Positions 13,201 through 28,170 of a DNA stretch of 64,000 nucleotides are shown piece after piece. The stretch is taken from NCBI RefSeq assembly GCF_009914755.1, contig NC_060930.1; one strand, 5' to 3'. The position numbers and the translations under genes were made by a program. Every line of letters starts with the position of its first letter. Within the stretch, counting starts at the first letter, position 1. Below the pieces are notes generated by a model. That model was not told the DNA's origin and searched no databases. It saw only the letters and a program-made list of their open reading frames with translations. Source of the DNA: the human T2T-CHM13v2.0 reference genome, Homo sapiens.

Positions 13201-16200
13201 AAAACCACACATATACATGGAAACTAAACAACTCGCTCGTGAATGACTTTTGGGTGAATAATGAAGTTAAAGCAGAAATCAAAAAATTCCTTGAAACAAA
13301 TGAAAATAGAGACACAAGATAACAAAACCTCCAGGATGTGGTAAAGGCAGTGTTAAGAGAAAGTGTTAAATGCCTACATGGAGAAGATAGAAATACTTCA
13401 AATTAATAACCTAATGTTGCACATAAAGGAACTTGAAAAACAGGAAAAAACTAAACCCAAAACTTGCAGAAAAAAAATAAGACAGAGAACTAAATGAAAT
13501 CAAGAATACAAAAAAATACAAAGAATCAATGGAACTAAAAGTTGATTTTTTGAAAAGATAAACAAGATTAGTAGATTGTTTGCTAGATTAACAGAAAAAG
13601 AGAGAGAAAATCCAATCAGAAATGACAGAGGTGACATTACAAGCAATCCCACAGAAATACGAAAGATCTCTATGTGCACAAACTAGAAAACCTAGAGGAA
13701 ATGGATAAGTTTCTGGAAACACACAACCTTCCCAGATTGAACCAGAAAGAAATTGAAACCCTTAACAGACCAATAACAAGTTACAAAACTGAATCAGTAA
13801 AAAAAAAAACAAAAAAACCTACCAACTAAAAATAGCCCCAGATGAGGGGGATTCAGAGTTGAATTCTACCAGATTTACAAAGAAGAGCTGGTACCAATTC
13901 TGCTGAAACTATTTTAAAAAAACTGAGAAGAGGGATCCCCCCATAACTAATTCTATAAAACCAGTATTATCCTGATACCAAAATCTGGCAAAGATACAAC
14001 AACAAAAAAGAAAACCACAGGCCAATATCCCTAATGAATATAGACACAATAACCCTCAACAAAATATAAACAAACTGAATCCAACACCACATCTAAAAGA
14101 TAATTCATCATGATCAAGTGGATTTTATCCCAGGAATGCAAGCACGGTTCAACATGCACAAATCAATAAACATGATACATCAACGGAATGGATACAAACC
14201 ATATGATCATCTCAAAATGAGATGCAGTAAAAAACATTCAATAAAATCAAACATCCGTTTATGATAAAAACCCTCCACAAACTAGGCATCAAAGAAACAT
14301 ACCTCAAAATAATAAGAGCCATCTATGACAAACCCACAGCCAACATCACGTTGAATGGGCAAATCTTGAAACCATTCTCCCTAAAAATGAAGAAGACAAG
14401 GATGTCCACTCTCACTACTCCTATTCAACATACTTCTGGAAGTCCTAGCCAGAGCAATCAATTAACAGAAAGAAATAAAAGGCATCTAACTAGGAAAAGA
14501 GGAAGTCAAATCACCTGTCTTTACTGATGACATGATTCGTACCTAGGAAACACTAAAGATTACACCAAAAGACTCCCAGACCTGATAAATGACATCAGGA
14601 TACAAAATCAATGTACTAAAATTAGTAGCATTTCTATACACCAGTGATGTTCAAGCAGAGAACCAAATCAAGAATGTAATCTCATTTACAACAGTCACAC
14701 ACATGCAGAAAATACCTAGGAATATATCTAACCAAGGAGGTAAAAGATAGCTACAAGAAGAACCACAAAACACTGCTAAAAGAAATCATAGATGGCACAA
14801 AATATGGAAAACATCCCATGCTTGTGGATGAAAAGAATCTATATCATTAAAATGGCTATACTGCCCAAAGCAATCTACAGACTTAATGCTTTCCTATTAA
14901 ATTACCAATGTCATTAATCACAGAACTATCAAAAAACTATTCCAAAATTCATATGGAACAACAACAACAAAAAAGCTCAAATAGTCAAAGCAATCCAAAG
15001 CAAAAAGAAGAAACCCAGAGGCATCACATTACCTGACTTCAAACAATACTACAAGACTACAATAACCAAAACAGCATGGTACTGGTACAAAAATAGACAC
15101 ATAGACCAAATGGAACAGAATAGAGAACCCAGAGATAAAGCCACACACCTACATCCAACTGATTTTTGACAACATCAATAAAAGTAAACAATGGGGAAAT
15201 GACATTCTATTCAATAAATGGTGCTAGTACAGCTGACTAAACATATGCAGAAGAATGAAATTGGACACTTACCTCTAATCATATACAAAAATTAACTCGA
15301 GGTGGATTAAAGACTTAAATGTAAGACCTCAAACTATAAAAATACTAGGAGAAAACCTAGAAAATACTCTTCTGGAGATTGGCCTAGGCAAAAAAATTAT
15401 GACTGAGTCTTCAAAAGCAAATGCAACAAAAATAAAAATTGACCTAATTAAACTAAAGAGCTTCTGCATAGCAAAATAAACTATCAATGGAGTAAATTGA
15501 CAACCTAGAGAATGAGAGAAAATATTTGCAAACTATTCATCTGATAAAGGACTAATATCCATAATTTGTAAGGAACTTAAATCAACAAGAAAAAAACAAC
15601 CCAATTAAAAAGCGGGTAAAGGACATAAACAGACACTTTGCAAAAGAAGACACACATGCAGCCAACAAACATGAAAAAATATTCAATATCACGAATTATC
15701 AGAGAAATGCAAATCAAAACCACAATGAGATACCATCTCACACCTGTCATAATGACTATAAATAAAAAGACAGAATATAATAGATGTTGGCCAGGTTGCA
15801 GAGAAAAGGGAATGCTTATACACTGCTGGTGGGAATGTAAATTAGTTAAGTCCGTGGAAAGCAATTTGGAGATTTCCCCAAGAACTAAAAATAGAATTAC
15901 CATTCAACCTAGCAATCTCCTTACTGGGTGTATATCCAAAGGAAAATAAATCATTCTACCAAAAAGATACCTGCACTTGCATGTTTATTGCAGCATTATT
16001 CACAATAGCAAAGACATGGAATCAACCTAGGTGCCCATTGATGGTGGATTGGATAAAGAAAATGTGGTACATATACACCATGGAATACTACATAACCATA
16101 AACAAGAATGAAATCATGTTCTTTGCAGCAACATGGATGCCGTTGGAGGCCAATATTCTAAGTGAATGAACAGAGAAACAGAAAACCAAATACCACATGT

Positions 16201-16436
16201 TCTCACTTATAAGTGAGAGCTAAACATGGGTACACATAGATGTAAAAATGAAAACAATAGACACTGGGGACTCCAAAAGGGGGAAGGAAGGGAAGGGGCT
16301 AAGGTTGAAAACTACCTATTGGGTACTTTGTTCATTCTTTGGGTGATGGGTTCAAAAGAAGCTCAAACGCAGCATCACACAACATATCTATGTAACAAAC
16401 CAGCACATGTACCCCTGAATCTAAATTTTTTAAAAA
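10224..16436 (+). mobile_element. Near full-length old primate L1 (L1PA15-17/L1PB class), ORF1 and ORF2 disrupted
   Basis: 5' end caagacagctgactagg; ORF1 start ATG at 11403 (MRRNQHKNS) with coiled-coil fragment 11545-11733; ORF2 EN fragment 12763-13062, RT fragment 14261, C-terminal fragments 15638-16169; 3'UTR to ~16430; many stops and frameshifts. Confidence 0.95.
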
Positions 16437-16792
16437 GATACTAATGGACAGCATTCCCAGGTTTAATAATCATAATAATAAATGAATTTCATTGTCATCC
16501 CTACATGTCCACTACTTCAAAGATAGCAAAAATGAATCAAGCAGGCTGTTTTTTCTGTAAGTTAATAAGCTCAAAATTTAGTGGCTTAGAGTGGCTATGT
16601 ACCTATGATTCGGCGAGGTGATTTTGCTCAGCTGATCCCTGCTGGGCGTGCTCATGCACCTGCAGTCATCTGGAAGGTCAGCGGGAGGATGGATGGTCTA
16701 GGATGGAAAGAAGCTGAGTAACAAAACCCGAGGAGGGAAAAGATGTAGCTTAGTACAATCATTCCTGAGCTACATTTTTTTTCCATTAAAAA

Positions 16793-16900
16793 AAGTCAAA
16801 TCATCTCTCTTTACTGATGACATGATTCATACCTAGGAGACACTAAAGATTACACCAAAAGACTCCCACACCTGACAAATGACATCAGGATACAAAATCA
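16793..16900 (+). repeat. 108-bp local copy of L1 segment 14503-14610
   Basis: Ungapped match with 6 mismatches in 108 nt. Confidence 0.9.
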
Positions 16901-18860
<1,960 letters not shown>

Positions 18861-19440
18861 TCTTTCCCCCTTCTCACTAGAGCTGGAGGCCAGTTTGGGG
18901 GCACATACACTCCAGGGACTGCTGAACTGTTGTCCCACAGGCCAGGCTGCTGCCCATCTGATATGGAACCCTGCAGAATGTAAACTTCCACCCCCCACAA
19001 AAGCCCTGTCAGGTGCAGCACAGACCCCACTAGTGACCTCTTACTACTGGTTTGGGGGGTTTTTAGTTTACAACCCAGAGGCCCACATCAACTCAAGTGG
19101 GTACCCACTTGAAAAGGACACTGTAGTCACACATCTCAGATGACATCTCTCTGGCCTGAAATCTCAGTGCTGGAGATGACTTCGCTCCCTGCCTGCATGC
19201 CAAGCCCACTTCACCCAGACACTAAAACCTCCACCCAGTTATGCCCATGGGCCTCCTCTCCTAAGGCACAACACAAGCACAAAACATTTTTTGTTTTTCC
19301 TTCCTGAACTCGCTGCTTAGCCCATGATCCTAGTGTTTTCCTTGCTCTCTGTTCAAATGTACACCCCTATAATTCTATACCTAAAGAGAAATCTGGTACA
19401 TGTTAAATTAATGGAGATTATTGCTTTCCCCAGAAGGCAT

Positions 19441-19489
19441 CTGCCTCCCAAAGTGCTGGGATTAAAGGTGTGAGCCCCCATGCCTGGCT
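19441..19489 (-). mobile_element. Isolated 5' stub of an Alu (49 bp)
   Basis: ctgcctcccaaagtgctgggattaaaggtgtgagcccccatgcctggc with no remaining Alu body. Confidence 0.85.
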
Positions 19490-19769
19490 GGGGCTACAGT
19501 TTATAGGTGCTCTCTAGACACCTCAGCACCAACTTAGAAAGAAAAAACACAGCAGTAGTACACCCTCAAGAAGGGTTATAAACAGGGGCAACAGAAAGTG
19601 AGGGCTTAGAGGAGAGCGTAAGGCAGAGAGAAAGAAGAAGCGTTAAAGAGCAAGGCAGAACCTCTTGGGCCCAGGCAGTGAGGCCTCCCTAGGCAGCGTG
19701 TATGGTGCCTGCATGCCCCAACCCTGGGATTGCTCAGTGTTCCCCTGCAATGACCTTCTTTATTCCCTT

Positions 19770-19957
19770 CTGAATGCCATCATCCATCCATTGAGGGCAT
19801 TTAAGGCCTTGGGAAAATGGATTCAAAACCTGACTCACCATTTTTGTTCTGGCTTCCAGATGCTCAAAAACCCTCCAATCAGTAGGTAAACGGGAAGTTT
19901 TGCTTCAACAATCAGGCTCCTTCAGACCCCTGCTGGAAGAAATCAGGACCTTTGAAG
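19770..19957 (+). repeat. Copy B of ~180-bp diverged direct repeat (partner 7970-8148)
   Basis: Same alignment as copy A; copy B has an extra 9 nt (ttaaggcct). Confidence 0.85.
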
Positions 19958-20139
19958 GTCTCCAAGTGTTGGTTTGCAGGAAATTCATCTTCTGGTCCAA
20001 GGGAGGCAAACACATAGTCTTGGGACCTGGGAGTGGGTAATCTCTGCCTCCACCGGAGGGAGGTAGGTTTTGGTGGCTACTGACCAAGGAGGACTAACTA
20101 CCTGCAAGCCACTCTCCTCCTGGAGAGACAGAAAACTGA

Positions 20140-20594
20140 TTCCCACTCCACCACACTTAGAATGGATGCAAAGCCCTTACTGTGCCAAAACATCCACATG
20201 ACTGCTGTCTCCAGCCCCTCTACCCCGCTCGGCCACTCTGCCTGCCTCAGTCTTGTCACTTGCTGTTCTCTCTACCAGGAAATGACTTCACCATATCTGT
20301 GCAGGGCTCACTCTCTCACTTCCTTTAGGTCTTTGTTGTAAGATTGCATCCTCAGAGTCCTTCCCTGATCATCCTCCTTACATAGCTCACAGCTCCCCTA
20401 CCAACCCCTGCTGTATTTCAGTGCGCCTATCTCTGCCTCATATGTTAATTTTTGTTTGTCTATTTGCTTATTTTCTGGGCCTTCCACCTGAGAGTAAACT
20501 TCAAGAAGGCAGGAAGTTTATCCACTGCCTTCCCCAGCATCTTGAACACTTAAATATTCAAGATGCTCTCTAAATATTTATTGAATTAATGAAT
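20140..20594 (+). mobile_element. L2 3' end relic
   Basis: cacttgctgttctctct...ctctctcacttcctttaggtct...taaatatttattgaattaatgaat tail. Confidence 0.6.
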
Positions 20595-20742
20595 ATCATT
20601 CTGTTTGCTCTTCCTTTGTTTGTATCAGTTGATGTATGTCGCAGGCACAGACATCTGATAATGTGACTTAAGAGCTGAATGTGGGAAAGTCTTATAACTT
20701 AAACTTGGACCATCAGAACCGACACTACAAAAATTGAGCCTC

Positions 20743-22371
20743 TGGATAGGAAGTATCAATATCGTGAAAATGTCCATACTGCCTAAAGTAATTTATAGAT
20801 TCAATGCTTTCCCCATCAAGCTACCATTGACTTTCTTCACAGAATTAGCAAAAACCACTCTAACTTTCACATGGAACCAAAAAAGAGCCCGTATAGCCAA
20901 GACAATCCTAAGCAAAAAGAACAAAGCTGGAGGCATCACGCTACCTGACTTCATGCTATACTACAAGGCTACAGTAACCAAAATAGCATGGTACTGATAC
21001 CAAAACAGATATATAGACCCATGGAACAGAACAGAGGCCTCAGAAATAACACCACACCTCTACAACCATCTGATCTTTGACAAACCTGACAAAAACAAGC
21101 AATGGGGAAAGGATTCCCTATTTAATAAATGGTGTTGGCAAAACTGGCTAGCCACATGCAGAAAACTGAAACTGGACCCCTTCCTTATACCTTATACAAA
21201 AATTAACTCAAGATGGATTAAAGACTTAAATGTAAGACTTAAAACCATAAAAACCCTAGAAGAAAACCTAAGCAATACCATTCAGGACACAGGCATGGGC
21301 AAAGACTTCATTACTAAAACTCCAAAAGCAATGGCAACAAAAGCCAAAATTGACAAATGGGATCTAATTAAATGAAAGAGCTTCTGCACAGCAAAAGAAA
21401 CTACCATCAGAGTGAACAGGCAACCTACAGAATGGGAGAAAACTTTTGCAATCTATTCATCTGACAAAGGGCTAATATCCAGAATCTACAAAGAATTTAA
21501 ACAAATTTACAAGAAAAAACAAACAATCCCATCAAAAAGTGGTTGAAGGATATGAACAGATACTTCTCAAAAGAAGACATTTATGAGGCCAACAAACATA
21601 TGGGAAAAAAAGCTCATTATCACTGGTCATTAGAGAAATGCAAATCAAAACCACAATGAGATAACATCTCACGCCAGTTAGAATGGCGATCATTAAAAGC
21701 CAGGAAACAACAGATACTGGAGAGGATGTGGAGAAACAGAAATGCTTTTACACTGTTGGTGGGAGTGTAAATTAGTTCAATCATTGTGGAAGACAGTGTG
21801 GCGATTCCTCAAGGATCTAGAACCAGAAATACCATTTGACCCAGCAATCCCATTACTAGGTATATACCCAAAGGATTACAAATCATACTACTATAAATAC
21901 ATATGTCCATGTATGTTTATTGCAACACTGTTCACAATAGCAAAGACTTGGAACCAACCCAAATGCCCATCAATGATAGACTGGATAAAGAAAATGTGGC
22001 ACACACACACCATGGAATAGTATGCAGCCATAAAAAATGATGAGTTCATGTCCTTTGCAGGGAACTGGATGAAGCTGGAAACTATCATTCTCAGCAAACT
22101 AACACAGAAACAGAAAACCAAACACTGCATGTTCTCACTCATAAGTAGGAGCTGAACAATGAGAACACATGGACACAGGGAGGGGAACATCACACACCAG
22201 GGCCTGTAGGGTGGTGGGGGGCTAGGGGAGGGATAACATTAGGAGAAATACCTAATGTAGATGATGAGTTGACGAGTGCAACAAAACACCATGGCACATG
22301 TATACCTATGTAACAAACCTGCACGTTCTGCACATGTATCCCAGAACTTAAAGTATAATAACAATAAAAAA
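20743..22371 (+). mobile_element. 5'-truncated L1PA (L1PA7-like)
   Basis: ORF2 C-terminal fragments ([22 protein letters not shown]; [22 protein letters not shown]), 3'UTR and A tail; 14-bp TSD aaaaattgagcctc at 20729-20742 and 22506-22519. Confidence 0.95.
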
Positions 22372-22505
22372 TAGATTTACTTTGTCAGTTATACAAAGTC
22401 ATAAAATGGCACTGGAGCAATGGTAAAAAATATGAGTAGATATCTGTTAGGGGTATTCTTTAAGTAAGGGAGATTATTTACTGTGAAAACAATAAAAATA
22501 TTTTT
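22372..22505 (+). other. Probable L1 3'-transduced segment
   Basis: Non-L1 sequence between the L1 A tail and the 3' TSD, with AATAAA at 22491-22496. Confidence 0.75.
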
Positions 22506-22535
22506 AAAAATTGAGCCTCCACTTTCTTCAAAACT

Positions 22536-22929
22536 ACATATGTCCTAGGCCTGCCATGACAAAATCACAGCAACCAGGTGGCTCAGCACAACAGAAATGT
22601 ATTCTCTCGCAGTTGTAGGCGCTACGCTTACTCTGGGGCTGTAGGGGATGATCTGCTCTTTGCCTCTTCCAGCTTCTGGTGGCTTTGGCGTTCCTTGACT
22701 ATAAATTCCACCCACATCTTTGTATCACGCTTTCCTCTGTGTCTGTGTCTCTCTACTATAAGGACACCTGTCATTGGATTTAGGGCCCACCTGGACAATA
22801 CAGGATGACCACCTCATCTCACAATCCTAACTTTAATGACATCTGCAAAGATGCTTTTTCAAAGAAGGCAACATTCTCAGGTTCTGGGGCTTAAATTATC
22901 TTCTTAGGAGCCCACTATAGCCTGATACA
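22536..22929 (-). mobile_element. MLT1 (MLT1B/C-like) LTR
   Basis: caacagaaatgtattctctcgcagtt...ataaggacacctgtcattggatttagggcccacc...acatctgcaaaga. Confidence 0.75.
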
Positions 22930-23269
22930 GTCCACTACAGACAAGTAAAACTTTGAGTTCCATATTTTTGACCCATTGATAACTTTACTATGTCTGTAAC
23001 TTCCATTCAGGTGTCAATATTTTTTAAAACCCACTTTCAAAAGAAAATATAAAGTGGCTTGGCTAAATCACAGGGCACAAATATGATTTGCTATTTATCC
23101 ACCTGGGAATAAAACTAAACTGACTTTTCCCTATACATACGAAAACACCTCAAACCAGCCCCATGTAAAGATGCGAAGTGGACAAAGTTTGCCATCACCA
23201 TTGTCCTGCTTTCTCTTTTGTTGTCCTACTTTTTTTTTTTTGCAGCACCCCTTTCCCTGTTTTATACTA

Positions 23270-23603
23270 TGTTGCCCTGTTTGTGCTCTTATAGCAAAAT
23301 ACCACAGACTGGGTAATTTACAAACAATAGAAATCTATTTCTCACTGTTCTGGAGGCTGGAAAGATCAAGGTACTGGCAAATTCGTCTGGGGAGGGCCCA
23401 TTCCTCATAGCCAGGCTTTTGTGTGGCATCCTTACATGATGGAAGGGCCGGAAAGGCAAAGGGCCTAGCTAGTTCCCCTCAGCCCTTTAGTAAAGCTCTC
23501 TTGGCCCAATCACTTCCTAAAGGCCCCACCTCTTAATTCGACCACAATAGAGATTAAATTCCAATATGAATTGTGGAGGAGACATAAACATTCAAACCGT
23601 AGC
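23270..23603 (-). mobile_element. MLT1A/MSTD-like LTR
   Basis: caaaataccacagactgggtaatttac...tctcactgttctggaggctgg...aaggccccacctcttaat...acattcaaaccgtagc. Confidence 0.75.
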
Positions 23604-23785
23604 CTTACTTACGGGCAGCTCTCCAGAACAGGAGCTTACTTTTCTCATGTTTCCATGCCATAATCATTCAGAAACTTTCTGCTTTTATTTTCTTCTCTTA
23701 GGATTTTTAGAAGTAGTATGCCTGGCCTTTGATACTTTTTTTTTTTAAACAATTCAGTTTATCCTTTGGTACTCATTGACACCCC

Positions 23786-24222
23786 TGTTAGGGATTGAAT
23801 TGTCTCCTCCCAAAAAGATATGTCAAAGTCCTAGCCCACAGTATCAGAATGTGATCTTACTTGGAAATGGGGTTTTTACAGAGGTAATTGAGTTAAAATG
23901 AGGTCATTTGGGTAGACCCTAATCCAATATGACTAGTATTCATACAAAAAGGGGAAATTTAGGCTCAGACACAGACATGCATAGGGGGAAGACAGACATG
24001 AGAAGATGGAGAATTAGAGTGTTGTGTCTGCAAATCAACAAGTGCTGGCAACCACTGGGCGCTAGGAAGAGGCAAGGACGGATGTTTCCCCTGCAAGTTT
24101 CAGATTGAGCATGGCCCTGCGAACACCTTGATTTCAGACTTCTAGCCTTCAGAACTATGAGACAATAAATCTCAGTTGTTTTCAGCCATTCAATTTGTTA
24201 AGGCAACTCTAGCAAACTAACA
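23786..24222 (+). mobile_element. MLT1B-like LTR
   Basis: tgttagggattgaattgtc...agttaaaatgaggtcat...ccctaatccaatatgact...cttcagaactatgagacaataaat. Confidence 0.8.
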
Positions 24223-25879
24223 GACACTCTAATCTCAGCTATCCCACTTTCTTTAGCACACAGAATTCAGTTTCACTCTACCACTGCCCTCCTAGTCACT
24301 ATCTGGATTTCAGTCTCAGTACTTTAGTGAGACTTAGGATAATGCAATGAAAGGCTAATTACTTGTTTGAAGTTTCAAAGAAGCTCTTAGAAGTACAATT
24401 GCTCCAAATTTGAAGCAAGTGAATGCATGTGTAATAGTTTAAGATATGGACTTATGACTATAATCTCAAATTGGCTAGTGAATATGTTAATTCATAAACA
24501 GAAGCTACATAATTATTTTTTGAAGCATGATTTAAGATTTAAGATGATTGAAGAAGACAGGAATTTTGTTGTGAGAATAAGTAGGCACTGAGCTAAGTCT
24601 GCTCTGGAGTAATGAATTTTTCTCCTGTCCTCCTCATCTTCCTTCTTCTCTGTAGACATACACTCCACCTCCTAATGGGGCACTGTCTTTTTCCTGCAAG
24701 TGTGGTATCCCTCATTTCCAATGGCAGAGAGCAGAAGGAGCAGTTGATAATCTTCAGGATACGGCTGCAGGCTGGGCCTTGTCCTGGGATGTTTAAAGAC
24801 TGCCTGTGCCTTTAGTTGGAGAAGGCATTCCAGTTGGTGGTACAATTATGGGTTCTTCTCACCGTTTTAACATTGTTTAGATGGGGAAAGATATCTGTAT
24901 GAAATGTAATTGGTTGTTTTATACTTTTTTTTAACTCTGGGAAGAAAGCTCTCCCTATAACATATTCACTGCTGACATTTGGTCATCTGACATATGCATG
25001 TGTTCTTATTTCCACTCTATATGAAAGTAAGATCCTAATTCAGAGTTTTGGAAAAAGCATGACCTTCCCAGGAAATATACACATTTACCAGGAGCCTTGA
25101 TGCAAAGACATTAATACCTGCATTTCTTATCTTCTGTAGGATTCGTGGGGTGGATCCTTTTTTAGCAGGGGCCTCATGCAATGAATGGTTCCTCAAGCAC
25201 ACAGGAGGGTGACTGCTCACCCTGTTTTTGCATAAAGCTCATTCTGAAAGCTTTGCAGAATGAAAGTTTGCTACAGAGTGCAAACTCAGATGGTCAAACA
25301 GTATGTGGCATACCAACCCATGTGAGTGAAAAAGATCATACAAAGTCCCCAAGAGGAGTCCGTCTCAAACTTCCCTTACGCAGGACACAGATGATGGTTG
25401 CCTCTTGCCCCTGAGCATGGTGCTCCACCATACTCCCCACAGACAATTTTTAAACGACCTTCCTTAAGTAGCAACCAAGCAGTGTTGTGTCACTGTTGCC
25501 ATCTGGCAACTAGTGCTGCAAACCAGGTAACACAAAAATTGTTCACTACCTTCTTGAGCAAATGAGACATAACAAAACCCAACTCCTAACAATCTGTTTT
25601 TCCTCAGTGCCAGCATTCACGATACAGAAAAATTAAAAAATTTCCCAAACTTATTCCTCTTTTATTTAATTACCAGTGTCATTATAATATTTCCCTTTTA
25701 AATAAATAACATTGTAAGCTAATTAAATCTTTGAAAAGCAGTATATCTACTTTGCATGGGCATTTTTTTTTTCTGTTTTTATCGAGAAACATAGTTCTTC
25801 ATAGTGTCCATAGTTCCAAACTATTGAATTGTTACTAGAGTTGGACTTTTGGTTTGCAATCTCTTGAAAATGTGGAAGT

Positions 25880-25881
<2 letters not shown>

Positions 25882-25928
<47 letters not shown>
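25882..25928. repeat. (CA)n microsatellite
   Basis: About 23 perfect CA units. Confidence 0.97.
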
Positions 25929-25930
<2 letters not shown>

Positions 25931-27949
25931 GATACATCTGATAAATATTTTACTTTAGGATGCAAAATGTGTCATTTTCTTTCACCCTTCAAATAAAATG
26001 GAATATTTTCCAATCCATCTTGCTGTAATTGTGGGAAATTCAGTCTCACTCTTTATTAGATTCCTGTTCCCCCAGTTCCACCAGGTTACTCAAAGTTCCA
26101 AGAAATCTTATTCAGGGCAGGTTTTATATTAAAGGCCCTCCCCTGTATGGTGTCCTTGGTCACTGTTAATTATAGCAGCAGCACATAGAAGACCAGCACA
26201 TAGAAGATCAGCAGATGGTTCTGCTGGTCTTACCAACAGTGGGCATTTGGTCTTTGCCAAGTATCAAGTTCCACTTCCTGGAGTCTGGCCTGTCAAGATG
26301 CACCAGACAGGTATACTCCTCCCAGGGGTACTGCCACCTCCCTACAATGCTGAGGCAGCTGTTCCCCCTCACCCCTGAACCCTGCCTTTCCAGAGAGGAC
26401 CCCTGTTCCTCCTCTATGCTCCCATCTGCTTTACTGGTCAGAGCAAGCTTTTTCAGTTCAGTCACTCAGCACCACCACTCCCAACCCCACGGATCTCTAT
26501 TTCTCATGCCCAAACTCCCCACATAAGACAGATATTTTTAAAATCTTCTAATTCTGCACTAGGAATAAAAGAAGTCACAGATCTTCAGGCTTTACATCCT
26601 TGCTTGCCACCAAGGTTGGGTTTGTGGGGGAAGGACATATACCTCTCATTCTTTCTGATTCTTCTGCAGCAAACAAATACACAAAAAGCAAATAAAAGAA
26701 GCAAAGAAAGCCAACAAAAAGCCACACAGCTTGCAATTTAACCCTGATTTTCTTAATCTTATGAGGTGTTTTCACACTCTGAGCAGTTAAATGGCACAAT
26801 TTATGAAATTCTGTCCTTGAGTCTTTGAAAAGGCTGATGAAAGAAACTGGATTTTGTGGTGACTCTAAAGATATATGTCATTCTGATATTTTTTAATTGG
26901 GATTCCTCCAGAAAGGTTTTCACTTTTGATTGTGTAATATGCATACTTAAACCAAAAACATTTTAAAATACTTTTTCAGATGAGAGGTGGAGTTTACTAG
27001 CTCAATTGCAGTTGCTCTCAGTGTGATACTTTATATAGAAAGTGAGAGATCTGGTACCTAACTTTTCTTTCCCCTTGCTCCCCTGTGGACAATTGCATCT
27101 CTCTACAGTTACTATTATGGTCTGGAAAAGTTAAACATCTATGAGGAATGAATCTGTTATCTTTTTTCCTCTAAGGAAAATTATTTCAGAATAAAGATAT
27201 GAATGTTGTTGGGTAATACATTTAAGAGTTGAATGGAAGTTTTTTTTTTTTAATGTCCCATTTTTTGAAAACCAACCTCCTTCTGTTTTCTTGGAAAAAT
27301 TAAAAAATTCCGCAGAACTGGTGATGATAAACAGCCATTGGCTAGATTTTCTTGTGTTGGAGTTGCTGATATAGTTTCCTTTTTTTTTTTTTTTTCTGAT
27401 ATTTTAGGGAATTGAGAATACAGGAGTGGGCTTGGGAGAACTCATTTAAATTTCACCATTTATAAAAACCCTACTCCCAAACAGTGCTGTTTCGTGTTGG
27501 TTGAATAATTCACGAATGGGCAGATGGAAATGCACTTATAGCTACAAACTGAAAGTGTCCCTTTGTATAAGCACCCGTCTGTTAAGCGTTCTTGATTCAG
27601 TTCCATTATGGTTAAAGCAATACATGGGAGGAATGAATAAGATCAAGTTTTCCACTAAAAATAGCATATTCACATGGATTTAGTAAAACCCTTCCTATTG
27701 AGGTGATCTGACTCCAGGATCTTATGGAACAAGGAAGTAATTAGAACCCAGGCATTGAACTACAAAATAAATGTCCTGTCAATGAGTTATGTTCTTGGTT
27801 CTGTGTTTCTTTATTTCTTTAAAAACAGTTTTAACAAACACACAACTATTGCTTTGCTCATTCAAAAGCATGAGTAGAAAAGTAGAACTAAAGCCACCAC
27901 CATGGTGTCCCGAGCTTCTCAGCCCAGGCCTCCTATAGAGCAGCAGAGG

Positions 27950-28170
27950 GGACTGTGTGACTCAGGGAATTCAGCATCATGCTGGCTTCTGAGCCTATAT
28001 CTAATTCTCAGTGACCTCATGAAAACTACTTCAAGTGTCTGTGCCTCTGCTTGCTTTTAAGGCGAGGAGAATGCTATTAGCTTCCTACCAAGAAAGTGTG
28101 GGGTGAATAGCAAATGAGTATAATTGAAAGTGCATATTGCTAACAATGTGTGAAGTGCCCAGGGATAACC
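27950..28170 (+). mobile_element. MIR relic
   Basis: gtgacctcatgaaaactacttcaagtgtctgtgcctctgcttgc...aaatgagtataattgaaagtgc. Confidence 0.4.

Noticed and set aside
11545-16444. ORFs with L1 ORF1p/ORF2p similarity
   Set aside because: Fragments of a dead L1 with many stops and frameshifts; not an active element
26179-26208. 15-bp tandem duplication cagcacatagaaga(c/t)
   Set aside because: Ordinary small slippage duplication with no further structure
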